DNA from: a virus
DNA length: 64,000 bases
Reading direction: 5' to 3' (one strand)
IMG/VR virus record: IMGVR_UViG_3300017917_000400
Span: 40,076-104,075 of that record
Shown here in pieces: positions 47,229 to 57,217 of the stretch. Below the pieces are notes generated by a model that saw only the letters and a list, made by a program, of their open reading frames with translations, had not been told where the DNA came from and did not search any database. Both the position numbers and the translations under genes were made by a program. Numbering within the stretch: the stretch's first letter is position 1; each line of letters begins with the position of its first letter.

Positions 47229-49172
47229 ATGGCGTATACAATAAACCGATGGGACGGAACAGCGATTGCAGTAATTGAAGACGGTACCGTCAATCAACAG
47301 TTAGACGTTAAATTAATCGGTAAAAATTATGCTGGCTACGGCGAAATACAAAACGAAAATTTTATCCATATACTTGAAAATTTTGCTGGAGCAACTAGCC
47401 CTGCAAATGCAGTTCGTGGACAACTTTGGTATGACAGTGCAAATAAACGATTAAAGATTTATACAGGCGATATAGTAGGTGCTGTAAAACAGTGGAAACC
47501 TATCGGTGGCGCCGAATATAGCACCGTAGAACCAACATATCCAAACAATGGTGATTTTTGGTTCGATAGAAATAGAGATCAACTTAAAGTTAGAAACGGA
47601 GATAGTTGGCTAGCAATTGGTCCTCAAAGTGCAGGCTCTGGCACAACACAGATGATCAGTAAACAGGTAAGAGGATTTCCTATAGGAAGTTCTACACCGC
47701 AGACCTATTCTATTATTATTGCTAGTATTAACGATGTTCCAGTTTATGTCATTGCTAGAGAAGAGTTTACATTAGATATTAGCGACCCTGATTCTGTAAT
47801 TGTTGGATTTAATCTAATTAAAAAGGGATTAACACTTCAGCAAGTTGATGATGAAACTGGTGTTAGCGGTACACCTACATTTTTATATTGGGGCACAGCC
47901 AGCAACTCATTACGTCTAGGCGGATTTTTAGCCAGCGAATATGTTCGTTCAGGAAGTTCAAATTTTACATCAACTGTACGTTTTAGCGATTTAGGTTACA
48001 CAGTCGGCGACAGTAACGACCTAGCAGTATTCATTGAAACAGGTACAGAACCAGTTATTCAAAACGTAACAGGTCCAAGAATTTATTTTAGAGTTCGTGA
48101 CGGTGCTACTGTTAAAAATCCTTTAACAATTAATGCAACTAAATTAGAACCAGGTATTGATGACACATTTAGTATTGGTACTAGTGTTAAAAAATGGAAA
48201 GAAGTTTATGCTACAAACTTTTACGGTATTGCAGATAATGCAAATGCTCTTCAAGTTGAAGCAGGTGTATATCGTGTAGCCAGCACAAATGCAGGTGTTA
48301 ATACTATTGCCGCACGTGACAGTAGTGGTAATTTAACAGCAAATACTTTTAACGGTAATGCTACTAGTGCTACTAAATTGGCAACTATTAGAACTATTAA
48401 CGGTGTAAATTTTGATGGTACTACAAATATCATCATTGAGGATAGTACAAAAGTAAGATTAGATGGCAGCACAATGACAGGGTTTTTAACTCTAAGTGCT
48501 GACCCAACATCTGGATTACATGCCGCTACTAAGAGTTATGTTGATGCACAATTCGGCGTAGGTGGTACTCTAAGTATTGCTCGAGGTGGTACAGGTGCAA
48601 GCACAGCGGCAAATGCTAGAACAAATTTAGATGTTCCGACTCGTGCAGGCGGCGACGCATCGGGGACTTGGAATATTGATATTTCTGGATCATCTGCACA
48701 ACTTAATGGATTTGCATCATCAACTTCGGCAGTGGCTAATACTATTGCTAGAAGAGACGGCAGTGCAAACTTAACAGCAAACGTGTTTAGTGGTACTGCT
48801 ACAAGTGCTCGTTATGCTGACTTAGCAGAAAAATATTTGACTGACAACGAATACGAAGTTGGAACTGTAGTAATGGTAGGCGGAGAAAAAGAAGTTACTG
48901 CTTGTAAATTTGGCAGTAGAGCAGTTGGCGCAATTTCTGGAAATCCAGCATACATGATGAACAGCGGACTAGAAGGTGGACAATACGTAGCACTTAAAGG
49001 TCGTGTTCCAGTTAAAGTAATAGGCAGTGTTAAGAAAGGCGATAGAATGATAGCCAGCGATGGCGGTGTTGCTATTGCAGGTCAGCATCATACAGCCGCT
49101 GATACATTTGCTATTGCTTTAGAAGATAATACTAATACAGATATTAAATTAGTGGAGTGTTTAGTTCTTTAA
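47229..49172 (+). CDS. Tail fibre with C-terminal intramolecular chaperone/autocleavage domain (peptidase G2-like)
   Basis: Shared N-terminal module; RTINGVNFDGT, HAATKSYVD; ARYADLAEKY...PAYMMN...VALKGRVPVKV. Confidence 0.75.
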   Translation: MAYTINRWDGTAIAVIEDGTVNQQLDVKLIGKNYAGYGEIQNENFIHILENFAGATSPANAVRGQLWYDSANKRLKIYTGDIVGAVKQWKPIGGAEYSTVEPTYPNNGDFWFDRNRDQLKVRNGDSWLAIGPQSAGSGTTQMISKQVRGFPIGSSTPQTYSIIIASINDVPVYVIAREEFTLDISDPDSVIVGFNLIKKGLTLQQVDDETGVSGTPTFLYWGTASNSLRLGGFLASEYVRSGSSNFTSTVRFSDLGYTVGDSNDLAVFIETGTEPVIQNVTGPRIYFRVRDGATVKNPLTINATKLEPGIDDTFSIGTSVKKWKEVYATNFYGIADNANALQVEAGVYRVASTNAGVNTIAARDSSGNLTANTFNGNATSATKLATIRTINGVNFDGTTNIIIEDSTKVRLDGSTMTGFLTLSADPTSGLHAATKSYVDAQFGVGGTLSIARGGTGASTAANARTNLDVPTRAGGDASGTWNIDISGSSAQLNGFASSTSAVANTIARRDGSANLTANVFSGTATSARYADLAEKYLTDNEYEVGTVVMVGGEKEVTACKFGSRAVGAISGNPAYMMNSGLEGGQYVALKGRVPVKVIGSVKKGDRMIASDGGVAIAGQHHTAADTFAIALEDNTNTDIKLVECLVL

Positions 49173-49996
49173 ACAGCCATGTCTGCTTTAATAGCAGGAT
49201 CTGGATTATAGTTTTCTAATACAAAATCGTCGACTACATAGTCGGCGATTTTTTTTCCTACTGTAATAAACAATGTTGGTAATTGCTTAGGTGTACGAAC
49301 TAACTGTTCATTAACTGCATCAATGTGATTATTATAGATATGGCAATCTCCGCCAGTCCAAATGAAGTCTCCAACCTTTAATCCGCACTCGCGAGCGATA
49401 ATGTGTGTAAGCAATGAATAACTGGCTATGTTAAAGGGTACTCCTAAAAACATATCGCAACTACGCTGATACATTTGACAACTTAGATGTCCGTCTGTGA
49501 CATCAAATTGACTCATTACATGACATGGCGGCAAAGCCATATCAGATAATTCTGCTGGATTCCAAGCACTGACAATATGTCTACGTCCACTAGGATCGTT
49601 CTTAATACCGTCAATTAGTTGTTGTATTTGATCAACACCCATAAAGTCGCGCCATTGTACTCCGTAGACACGACCCAAGTCGCCTTCATAGTGTGCTTTT
49701 GGTAGCCAGTAGTCTGCTTTGGCGTTAGCAGTCCAAATAGTAGTTTTAGAAATATCTCTAGTGCCATGTAGGATTTCCGCAAGTCGGCGTTCGTCACCGC
49801 TCCCTTCTAAGAACCAAAGAAGTTCCGAAACTACTGCTCGCCAGGCGAGCTTCTTAGTAGTGACGGCTGGGAAGCCTTCTTGCAGATTAAAACGCATTTG
49901 ATAACCAAACACGCTACGGGTTCCTACCCCCGTTCTATCACTCTTGTTCTTTCCGTTTTTGAGTATGTGCTCTAGTGCTTCGTGATATTGCTTCAT
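49169..49996 (-). CDS. thyA: Thymidylate synthase
   Basis: DRTGVGT, ELLWFL, YGVQWR, MALPPCH, YQRSCDMFLGVPFNIASY, HIY. Confidence 0.97.
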   Translation of the reverse strand: MKQYHEALEHILKNGKNKSDRTGVGTRSVFGYQMRFNLQEGFPAVTTKKLAWRAVVSELLWFLEGSGDERRLAEILHGTRDISKTTIWTANAKADYWLPKAHYEGDLGRVYGVQWRDFMGVDQIQQLIDGIKNDPSGRRHIVSAWNPAELSDMALPPCHVMSQFDVTDGHLSCQMYQRSCDMFLGVPFNIASYSLLTHIIARECGLKVGDFIWTGGDCHIYNNHIDAVNEQLVRTPKQLPTLFITVGKKIADYVVDDFVLENYNPDPAIKADMAV

Positions 49997-50471
49997 TGTG
50001 ATATTCTTCTACTGTGCAAGAACCTAAATTGAGTGTTTGATGCAATTTCATACCATCTAAAAATTCATTTAGGTTAATATGTACATCGTTGAGGTATTCG
50101 CCTTTTATTTTTGTAATATAAACTTTGTCTAGTACAGGCTTACTTTGTAATAACAAATTTAGGCCGCCTATGACAAAAATATTTTTACGACGATTGTTTT
50201 GTTTTAAACTTTTAAGTGCTTCGCAGACATCTCCTCTAATTTGTTCGATGTCATCTCGTTCAATAAACTTATTAGTAAACAGCACATTAAAACGTCCAGG
50301 CAACGGACTAGGCATGTCTGGACTGTCCCAAGTTTTTTTACCCATAACTACAATTTGATCTTGTGTTACAGTTTTAAACCATTTCATATCGTCTTTATTA
50401 TGCGGCCATGGTAACGATCCCTTCCATCCCATACCGCCTATATCGTCTACTGCAAATAATCCTGCTATCAT
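49938..50471 (-). CDS. folA: Dihydrofolate reductase
   Basis: GMGWKGSLPW, DMKWFK, VVMGKKTWDS, PLPGRFN, FVIGG; adjacent to thyA. Confidence 0.92.
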   Translation of the reverse strand: MIAGLFAVDDIGGMGWKGSLPWPHNKDDMKWFKTVTQDQIVVMGKKTWDSPDMPSPLPGRFNVLFTNKFIERDDIEQIRGDVCEALKSLKQNNRRKNIFVIGGLNLLLQSKPVLDKVYITKIKGEYLNDVHINLNEFLDGMKLHQTLNLGSCTVEEYHNEAISRSTRAHTQKRKEQE

Positions 50472-50474
50472 AAA

Positions 50475-50789
50475 TTATTTTTTTGGTTTTTTAAGAAAAC
50501 TCTTAGTTTTTTTAATTACATCTTTCTTTACACGTTCAACATCTAATCTGAAGTCGATATGTTCAATATCGTCCTCGTAGTCGCTAATCAGTTCAGAAAG
50601 ATGTGACTCAAGATCGTCTATGTTGTTTTTCTTAGCGTGATCATCAATGTTAACGTCCCATACTTTACCATTCTTGAAAATAATCCTCATAGAATGAAGA
50701 TATGGTATAGGTACTGCTTTTACATCTACATCGCTGAAAACCTCTGGCCATTGATCTACAACATCTTTTGGCAGAGATTTTTTCTTCAC
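50475..50789 (-). CDS. Hypothetical protein (104 aa)
   Basis: Tightly packed in operon. Confidence 0.6.
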   Translation of the reverse strand: MKKKSLPKDVVDQWPEVFSDVDVKAVPIPYLHSMRIIFKNGKVWDVNIDDHAKKNNIDDLESHLSELISDYEDDIEHIDFRLDVERVKKDVIKKTKSFLKKPKK

Positions 50790-51400
50790 GCTTCAGCCGT
50801 TGCCTTCTTCTTACTTGGTGCTAATTTTTCTGCTTCAGCACGTAAACGAGCCGCTTCTTTATACATAGCATCCGCTTGACTGCGGAATTGCTTTGCTAAG
50901 TCGGCATCGCTGAGAGGTTCATTAGACGGTTTAGTAACTACCTTCTCTTCTGTAGCGGCTGGCTTGCTTTCTGGAATTTCTTTAACAGTAGCCACTTCGG
51001 TAGCCTCCGCACCATTACCTAACGCTAAGTCATTAACACTAATACCGCGTTGTTCTGCGATCAATTGATTAAGTTGATCTAAACTAACGGTTGATTGTAG
51101 CGTTGGAGTCATTTCAACTTCACTGGTTTTAACTTTAATAAGTTTACCATTAAAGTGTAAATTGGCCAGCATAACACTGCCGTCAGGAAAATTAGTACGA
51201 GCCATGGCTTCTGCAAATTCATATGCACTCTGGCCTGCATTACTTTCAACTAATTTAATGATAGTGTCGTGTTGTTCGGGTAACAATGTTGCAGTATCGA
51301 CAACTAATGCAGAATCGCTCTCACCTGGCAAAGTTCGATATGCAACGATAACTTTGCGTCCGTTTGTTTTGATACGTCCTACGTGTTTTAAATTAACCAT
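50786..51400 (-). CDS. Hypothetical protein (204 aa)
   Basis: Operon-packed ORF, globular N-terminus and helical C-terminus. Confidence 0.65.
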   Translation of the reverse strand: MVNLKHVGRIKTNGRKVIVAYRTLPGESDSALVVDTATLLPEQHDTIIKLVESNAGQSAYEFAEAMARTNFPDGSVMLANLHFNGKLIKVKTSEVEMTPTLQSTVSLDQLNQLIAEQRGISVNDLALGNGAEATEVATVKEIPESKPAATEEKVVTKPSNEPLSDADLAKQFRSQADAMYKEAARLRAEAEKLAPSKKKATAEA

Positions 51401-51623
51401 TTTGTTGTTGTCCTTGTTTAGCGACGCCCTCTAAAAATCCATTGAGCTTATTATATACGCTTCCTACAGCGGCCATTTCAGCGGCTTTAAATGCGCCTCT
51501 TGAACTGGCAAGATCAATGATGCTCCTTAGCATGTTCAAATCTTGAACATTTAAGTCTACGGATTGTTGTGCCGGCGCCTCTGGCGTCTTAGCAACTTCT
51601 TGTGTTTCGGTTTTTTCGGTCAT
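51393..51623 (-). CDS. Hypothetical protein (76 aa)
   Basis: AGGAG SD; IIDLASSRGAFKAAEM motif. Confidence 0.65.
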   Translation of the reverse strand: MTEKTETQEVAKTPEAPAQQSVDLNVQDLNMLRSIIDLASSRGAFKAAEMAAVGSVYNKLNGFLEGVAKQGQQQNG

Positions 51624-51655
51624 AATTATACTCCTTTGTATTATTATATATCCAG

Positions 51656-51940
51656 TTAATTATTTAGATATTTTAAATGTGAACAAGCCAGTAAAAAGAA
51701 ACTGGCTTCTTTGGGTTCTTCAAACCCTATTTTTATTTTGGTTTTATATTGATTATTTTCTAGTACTAGACTTTCACCTATATAAAATCTGTACTTGAGA
51801 TTTTCGTAGATCCACTCTCTTATAGATGCTACCATATTATATCTAAGATCTAAGTATTGATAATGGAAGTAGGGAGGCGGATCTTTAACCTCCCTACAAC
51901 CTAATACATTAAGTGGATTAATTTTTACATCATCGATCAT
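51656..51940 (-). CDS. Hypothetical protein (94 aa)
   Basis: ATGA overlap with the vWA gene. Confidence 0.6.
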   Translation of the reverse strand: MIDDVKINPLNVLGCREVKDPPPYFHYQYLDLRYNMVASIREWIYENLKYRFYIGESLVLENNQYKTKIKIGFEEPKEASFFLLACSHLKYLNN

Positions 51941-53112
51941 TTTTTCTTTTCTGGAAACTCGTAGTAAGCATAAGTTCCAAATGGTGGAACAATACTATCA
52001 TTTCCATGAATAATAAAAATGGTGTCGCAGTAATCTTCGTCACCCCAACTGTCCCAAGGATAACCGTCTGTAAACATGATAAACTTTTTAGGGTTAATAT
52101 CATGCTCTTTCATGTATTCCCAGTTACACACAAAGTCAGTACCACCACCGCCCATTAATTCGTACTCAGAAATTTCTTCGGCAGTGTAACCATTGAAATC
52201 TGCTTCGTTGTAGACTTTAGTATCAAAGCACCAAATTTTAATATTAAAATCTTTGAACTCTTCCATAATGCCCTTAATCTCACTAAGGAAGTCTGCGCCC
52301 ATTTCGTCTGTAATAGAACCAGACATATCTAAACTAACACAGATGTCGATAGTAGTGTCAAAATTGCACCCGGGCAATACAGCACCGGTCATTTGACCTT
52401 TACGGCTAGGACGACTCCAACTAAAATCATTTTTAATTGTGCTTTGGATTTGTTGACGTAATAGTTCACGCCAATTCATCTTAGGCTCAGTCATCTCTTT
52501 AATCATACGTGCAATATCTCCAGGTACATTACCTGCACCTGCGGCCTGTGCGGCTTGAATCATTGCTTCTTTGATCTCATCGCGAATTTTGCGAAGTTCT
52601 TCTTTGCTGTGTTTTGGACCGTTGCCTTCTTTATCTGGATCCAAATGTTCATCTAACAATTCGCCTAGCGCGGCTAATTGCTCTTCGTCGTATTTGTTGT
52701 AGATTTCGTCGTAGACTTGTTCAGCACTCCAACTGTCATATTTACGATCATAGAAAAACTTAACTGGCGGATCGTCACCAATACGCTCACGTTTTAAAAG
52801 ACCGTTAACACAATAGTCTGCGGCAATGTTCCAAATTTGTTTGTCTCTGCCTTCGTTACGCATCATGTGATCGTAGACGCAGTGTAAAATTTCGTGTGCA
52901 ACAACAAATTCTACTTGTCGAGGAGTCATCTTTTCAAAGAACTCTCGATTATAATAAAAGTTACGAAAGTCCGTTGCGGCAGTAGGAAGCCAATCGCTGG
53001 CATCAACTAATTTCATTCGGGTAGCCATATTACCAAAAAATGGATGGCGAAGTAATAGGCCTACTCTGGCTACAACAATCTTATCAACGATTGGATCTAG
53101 TGAATGTGACAT
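51937..53112 (-). CDS. HExxH metallopeptidase-like plus vWA domain protein (DUF2201-like)
   Basis: TAATD, HEILH, WNIAADYCVN; MIDAS DMSGS, GGGTDF, FTDG. Confidence 0.88.
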   Translation of the reverse strand: MSHSLDPIVDKIVVARVGLLLRHPFFGNMATRMKLVDASDWLPTAATDFRNFYYNREFFEKMTPRQVEFVVAHEILHCVYDHMMRNEGRDKQIWNIAADYCVNGLLKRERIGDDPPVKFFYDRKYDSWSAEQVYDEIYNKYDEEQLAALGELLDEHLDPDKEGNGPKHSKEELRKIRDEIKEAMIQAAQAAGAGNVPGDIARMIKEMTEPKMNWRELLRQQIQSTIKNDFSWSRPSRKGQMTGAVLPGCNFDTTIDICVSLDMSGSITDEMGADFLSEIKGIMEEFKDFNIKIWCFDTKVYNEADFNGYTAEEISEYELMGGGGTDFVCNWEYMKEHDINPKKFIMFTDGYPWDSWGDEDYCDTIFIIHGNDSIVPPFGTYAYYEFPEKKK

Positions 53113-53140
53113 TTTTGCTCCGTTTGTTTACTATATGTAT

Positions 53141-53169
53141 ATTATACAATCGTTTCTATACTTTGTCAA
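53141..53169 (-). promoter_or_regulatory. Consensus sigma70 promoter
   Basis: TTGACA-17 nt-TATAAT upstream of the vWA gene. Confidence 0.85.
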
Positions 53170-53171
53170 GG

Positions 53172-53197
53172 ATAGAGGTGCATTTCTGCACCTCTAT
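53172..53197 (-). terminator. 11-bp GAAA-tetraloop hairpin after MoxR gene
   Basis: ATAGAGGTGCA-GAAA-TGCACCTCTAT. Confidence 0.65.
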
Positions 53198-53202
53198 TTT
53201 GA

Positions 53203-54303
53203 TTATCGCTTGTCCTGAGCGGCCGCGATATACTTACCAAACTTTTCGTGGAACTCATCGAAGCATTCAATTTCGTCTGGATCCAACGGCAGTTGATATT
53301 GGGTAAGTGCAAGTTTGGTACCCATAACAACCAATTCAGTTTCAAAATTATCCATCATAAAACGGAAGAAGTGATTAACCTTTTCGTCAAACTTCTTATC
53401 GTTTTTGTCAGACGCATCTTTGAGTTCATAACACATAGAAACAGTCAAAGAATACATAGCCGAGATTTCAATTTTGGAATCTAACTTTTTAACCTTACCA
53501 GCCAAAATGTCTTCAGGCTTAGGCAGTTTGCTAGAAACTTTGCGGTGAGCCATAAACTTGATAGCAAGACCTTCACCGATAGCACCAGCAACCAAATCAG
53601 TCAATGTGTCGTTGTCAGTGTCATCGTCCTCTAACAGTTCGCTAACAAAGGACCAACTACGAGGAGTAGCAAATGCACGGCTTGAAGATTTTGGATCAAA
53701 ATCGTATAAGTCTTTCTTAGCAAAAGTAACATAACCTACGACATCTTTGTGTACACGGTTATTAGTAGCCCACATTGACCAGTCATCGAAATCTACACGC
53801 ATTTCCAAGTGAACGAAACGGTTAGCCAACGGTGCCGGCATGCGATAAGTAACACCTTTATCTGCTTCACGGTTACCGGCGGCAACAATTAGAACGTTGT
53901 CTGGTAAGTGATATTGTCCAACACGACGATTCAAAATAAGTTGATATGCCGCCGCTTGCACACTAGGGGCCGCAGAGTTCATCTCGTCTAAGAACAAAAT
54001 TACATAGGGATATTTACTAGCCAAATCTTCGCTAGGAAGTTCACTTGGACTACCCCAAACCATAGTACCAGTGTTTGAATCAAAATAAGGAATACCTTTG
54101 ATATCTGTAGGTTCCCAAAGACTCAAACGGATATCAATTACATGGGCATCCATTTCTTCACCTAGTTGGTGAATAATATCGGACTTACCAATACCTGGAG
54201 GACCCCAAAGAAATAAAGGACGCTTTTTCTTAAACGCCTTGCGGATTGCGTTTTTCGCTCCGTTAGGGCTAACTTGACGATTGACTACTTCTGCTTTTGC
54301 CAT
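53203..54303 (-). CDS. MoxR-type AAA+ ATPase
   Basis: Walker A GPPGIGKS, Walker B LFLDE, AAGNR, PLANRF, TPRSW. Confidence 0.9.
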   Translation of the reverse strand: MAKAEVVNRQVSPNGAKNAIRKAFKKKRPLFLWGPPGIGKSDIIHQLGEEMDAHVIDIRLSLWEPTDIKGIPYFDSNTGTMVWGSPSELPSEDLASKYPYVILFLDEMNSAAPSVQAAAYQLILNRRVGQYHLPDNVLIVAAGNREADKGVTYRMPAPLANRFVHLEMRVDFDDWSMWATNNRVHKDVVGYVTFAKKDLYDFDPKSSSRAFATPRSWSFVSELLEDDDTDNDTLTDLVAGAIGEGLAIKFMAHRKVSSKLPKPEDILAGKVKKLDSKIEISAMYSLTVSMCYELKDASDKNDKKFDEKVNHFFRFMMDNFETELVVMGTKLALTQYQLPLDPDEIECFDEFHEKFGKYIAAAQDKR

Positions 54304-54351
54304 TACATGCTCCTGTTAAAAATGATTTGCAATTAATTTCGCAGTATCATT

Positions 54352-54380
54352 AGTATAACGCCGCTCCGCAGATATGTCAA
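54352..54380 (-). promoter_or_regulatory. Sigma70 promoter for MoxR gene
   Basis: TTGACA-17 nt-TATACT. Confidence 0.8.
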
Positions 54381-54388
54381 CTAGAAAG

Positions 54389-54790
54389 TTAAAATGTTTT
54401 GTGGGTTTTTGGTAATTCGCGTTTCATTGCTTTAATCAAACCATATTTTCGGACATCGCCCGAAAATAAGTGTAATTCTATGGCTTTTCTTTCGCCCAAA
54501 ACAGTGATAGCGTTTTCTGTAAGATGATATGGACAATCCAAAAATTTGTCCAAATATAATAAGACTTGAGGTTTTAAATCTAAATCGGATGGAAACGGAA
54601 CTTCGTAAACTTTAATATCCAAAACTTCAGTAATGTATCTAAGACCTTCATCGGTGAGTCTGAGACTTTCTCTATCTTTAGACCTGTTGTTTTTCCACCA
54701 CAGTCTTGTTTTAATTTTAATATTTTCTTCACTCAAAGCCTCTCCAGATTCTTTTATAAAGATTTTGGTATAGGCTTGTTTTGTGTTCAT
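54389..54790 (-). CDS. Hypothetical protein (133 aa)
   Basis: ATGA overlap; SLRLTDEG motif. Confidence 0.6.
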   Translation of the reverse strand: MNTKQAYTKIFIKESGEALSEENIKIKTRLWWKNNRSKDRESLRLTDEGLRYITEVLDIKVYEVPFPSDLDLKPQVLLYLDKFLDCPYHLTENAITVLGERKAIELHLFSGDVRKYGLIKAMKRELPKTHKTF

Positions 54791-55071
54791 TTAAGTTCTT
54801 CGCCGGTAGTTAATTTGTAAACAGAAAAATCTTTGCAGTTAAAAAGTGAATTTAATTTCTTTGCCAAATTGTGTGCATGGCCAGGATTTGAAAAAGAAAC
54901 TTTTTTATACTTACTTCCAGGATAACCGCCAAGACTATTTTGACTTTTCAAATTAAAAGGCTTGCCCTGATAAAAAACAGCCCAGATGGCTTCCGCCTCT
55001 AAAATTTGATCACTTTTAAAAGTCTTCTTGTTTATTTTTTCAAGTACTACCGTTGGCTTTGGACGACTCAT
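54787..55071 (-). CDS. Hypothetical basic protein (94 aa)
   Basis: GAGG SD; ATAAATA at 55102-55096; KYKKVSFSNPGHAHNLAKKLN. Confidence 0.65.
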   Translation of the reverse strand: MSRPKPTVVLEKINKKTFKSDQILEAEAIWAVFYQGKPFNLKSQNSLGGYPGSKYKKVSFSNPGHAHNLAKKLNSLFNCKDFSVYKLTTGEELK

Positions 55072-55112
55072 ATACGTTCCTCAATTATATACGTATATTT
55101 ATCCAAAGTTTA

Positions 55113-55355
55113 CTAGTTTTTGTCCCAGTTGCCTCCGTCCATTTCTATGGACACTACACTAGTATCTTTTTGTATTTCTTGTATAAGACCTTCGTAATTG
55201 CCGGCTAATCGAGTCATAACAAGGCCTAAAGTATGGGATAGATTTTTAGCAGTTGCGATGTCTAACCTAACTTCTCGTTGATTGCTCATATCTGCGGCTT
55301 TAATAGTACTCATGACTTGAGTAATAACTGATGTATTAATATTATTTTGTGACAT
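55113..55355 (-). CDS. Hypothetical protein (80 aa)
   Basis: Operon-packed ORF. Confidence 0.55.
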   Translation of the reverse strand: MSQNNINTSVITQVMSTIKAADMSNQREVRLDIATAKNLSHTLGLVMTRLAGNYEGLIQEIQKDTSVVSIEMDGGNWDKN

Positions 55356-55824
55356 TTGATAACCTATGTTTCATTTCAAATTCAGTTTTAAATGGTCCTT
55401 CGTAGTCGTATCTTTCAATAGTGATTAATTTTGGACAAAAACTTCTGACCCATCCTTTATCAAATTTAATAATGTAATACCCGGCACAATAAACTGATTT
55501 TGATTTATTACTTTTGGTAAACAAAGGTAGATGTCTTTTAACATCAAACAATGGATTGAACGGTGTAGTGCTTGTTGGATAATCGTAGACAGTATTATCT
55601 TTTACTGTATTTTTGTTTTCAATCGAGATTGTTTTTTTAATAAAAAATTCTGGACCAAATTGTTCAACAATTTTTTTCTTATTTTCAAATGTAGTGATTT
55701 TATCTTTACTACTGAACACATATTTTTTTTGTTCTGTAATTTTTAATACACCTACCTTGTTTCCATTTTGTTCAACAATCCAAAACTTTCCATCTACTAC
55801 TGGCTTGGCGTGAATTTCAGTCAT
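55342..55824 (-). CDS. Hypothetical protein (160 aa)
   Basis: ATGA overlap with RNase H; PLFTKS..SKS.YCAGYY, FCPKLIT. Confidence 0.65.
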   Translation of the reverse strand: MTEIHAKPVVDGKFWIVEQNGNKVGVLKITEQKKYVFSSKDKITTFENKKKIVEQFGPEFFIKKTISIENKNTVKDNTVYDYPTSTTPFNPLFDVKRHLPLFTKSNKSKSVYCAGYYIIKFDKGWVRSFCPKLITIERYDYEGPFKTEFEMKHRLSNVTK

Positions 55825-56789
55825 TGGTGATACCTCGCATTAAGTGGTTCTGCATACTGTTGTGCTTGATCAGAAATCTTTTTCAAGTCGTATAATTGAC
55901 AAAACTTCAAAAGTCTAATTCCAACTTGACTAACATTTTTTTCTTTGTCAATATTTTCTTTGATAGTTTCAAAAATTTTACTTTTAATATCGTCGGGCTG
56001 ATGACTCAAATCTATTAATCTGCGATTGCGTTCGTAGTCATCTAATACACGATGCTCTTCACCATTATGGTCAACCCAACGCTGAAGCATGAGATTGTTC
56101 CAAGCAAATCCTTTTGAGTCCTTGTCTTTAAATGCGTCTTCTAACTTATTCTTACGAACCTTAGGAAATGCACTAAACACGTTATCTGTAGAATCCCCAC
56201 GGATACATTTTTCAAATAATAGCCATTTAGGATCTGGAATGGCCTTAGGTTCTTTAGTTTTATTATCTATAACTAACTTACCCTTTTTATCAAAAATACC
56301 TTCGTGTGTAATATGATGTTCCTGGACACCGTTATACTGACTAACATTGGGTGCAATGAGTTGTACAAAATCGCTGTCTGTGCTGATAATTACATGTTTT
56401 GAATCTGGATGGCTTTGTATCCAACCAGCAATTAAATCATCTGCTTCTAACTCAGAATGCTGTAAAACAGTACAGTTAGTTTTATCTGTGATAAATTCTT
56501 TAAATTTATCAAAACTTTCCCAAAATAGTTGATCTTCTTCTTGCTCTTTTGGAGTCAATGCGGCACGAGCATCACTGCGATTACGCTTATAAGGCTCGTA
56601 GTAATCCTTACGCCATGATCGCCCCTCAAGACAGAACACAACATGGCTACCACCAAAATCTTGCCAAGCCTTTTTGATACTGTTTAATGTGATATGGAAA
56701 GCCATGCCAAGTTTAATATCAGCATCGCCTTTGATTACGTGTCTAGCACGAAAGAATGTGTTAGCAGTATCTACTAAAATATATGTCAT
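55821..56789 (-). CDS. rnh: T4-type RNase H / 5'-3' flap exonuclease
   Basis: ILVDTAN, SWRKDYY..YK.NR, EADDLIA, ISTDSDFVQL, RGDSTDNV. Confidence 0.92.
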   Translation of the reverse strand: MTYILVDTANTFFRARHVIKGDADIKLGMAFHITLNSIKKAWQDFGGSHVVFCLEGRSWRKDYYEPYKRNRSDARAALTPKEQEEDQLFWESFDKFKEFITDKTNCTVLQHSELEADDLIAGWIQSHPDSKHVIISTDSDFVQLIAPNVSQYNGVQEHHITHEGIFDKKGKLVIDNKTKEPKAIPDPKWLLFEKCIRGDSTDNVFSAFPKVRKNKLEDAFKDKDSKGFAWNNLMLQRWVDHNGEEHRVLDDYERNRRLIDLSHQPDDIKSKIFETIKENIDKEKNVSQVGIRLLKFCQLYDLKKISDQAQQYAEPLNARYHQ

Positions 56790-57217
56790 GAAACCTCAGA
56801 CTTGCCTTCGGCAATCTTTTTCACGTTAATGTAACCAGCACCTCTATCAGTCATATCGATGCCATCTTCACCGGCTATGTTTTTACATAGTTCTCTAAAC
56901 CAACGACCCACAATTTCTTCGTCTGGATCACCATCAAAACCATAACCCGCTTGTTTTAATTGTACAACAAATTGTTCGTTCCAGTCAAGTTCTAAGAATC
57001 CATTTCGTAAATTTTCTTTGTTTACATGAGTATCTAAAACGGCAACCCAAGGTTCGTCTAATGCAGTGGCACGCTCTTTTGGAGTCATCTTAGCCAACTC
57101 TTCTTCTTTTTTGGCTGCTTCTGCTCTAGCACTAGCCAAAGTTGCTTCGACTGTTAGTCTTTCTTTTTCATCTTCTAACTTTTTAATACCTGTTATCTTT
57201 TTAAACCATTCTTTCAT
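56786..57217 (-). CDS. Hypothetical protein (143 aa; start revised to MKEWFKK)
   Basis: TAATG overlap with queE stop; ELDWNEQF motif. Confidence 0.6.
   Translation of the reverse strand: MKEWFKKITGIKKLEDEKERLTVEATLASARAEAAKKEEELAKMTPKERATALDEPWVAVLDTHVNKENLRNGFLELDWNEQFVVQLKQAGYGFDGDPDEEIVGRWFRELCKNIAGEDGIDMTDRGAGYINVKKIAEGKSEVS

Noticed and set aside
49169-49996. Intron or intein in thyA (as in T4 td) or in gp46/gp20
   Set aside because: The ORFs are continuous and of normal length with no splicing motifs.
49938-49996. 59-nt overlap of DHFR and thyA as a possible fused or frameshifted DHFR-TS
   Set aside because: thyA has its own ATG and no slippery site or stimulator was seen; a simple C-terminal overlap is sufficient.
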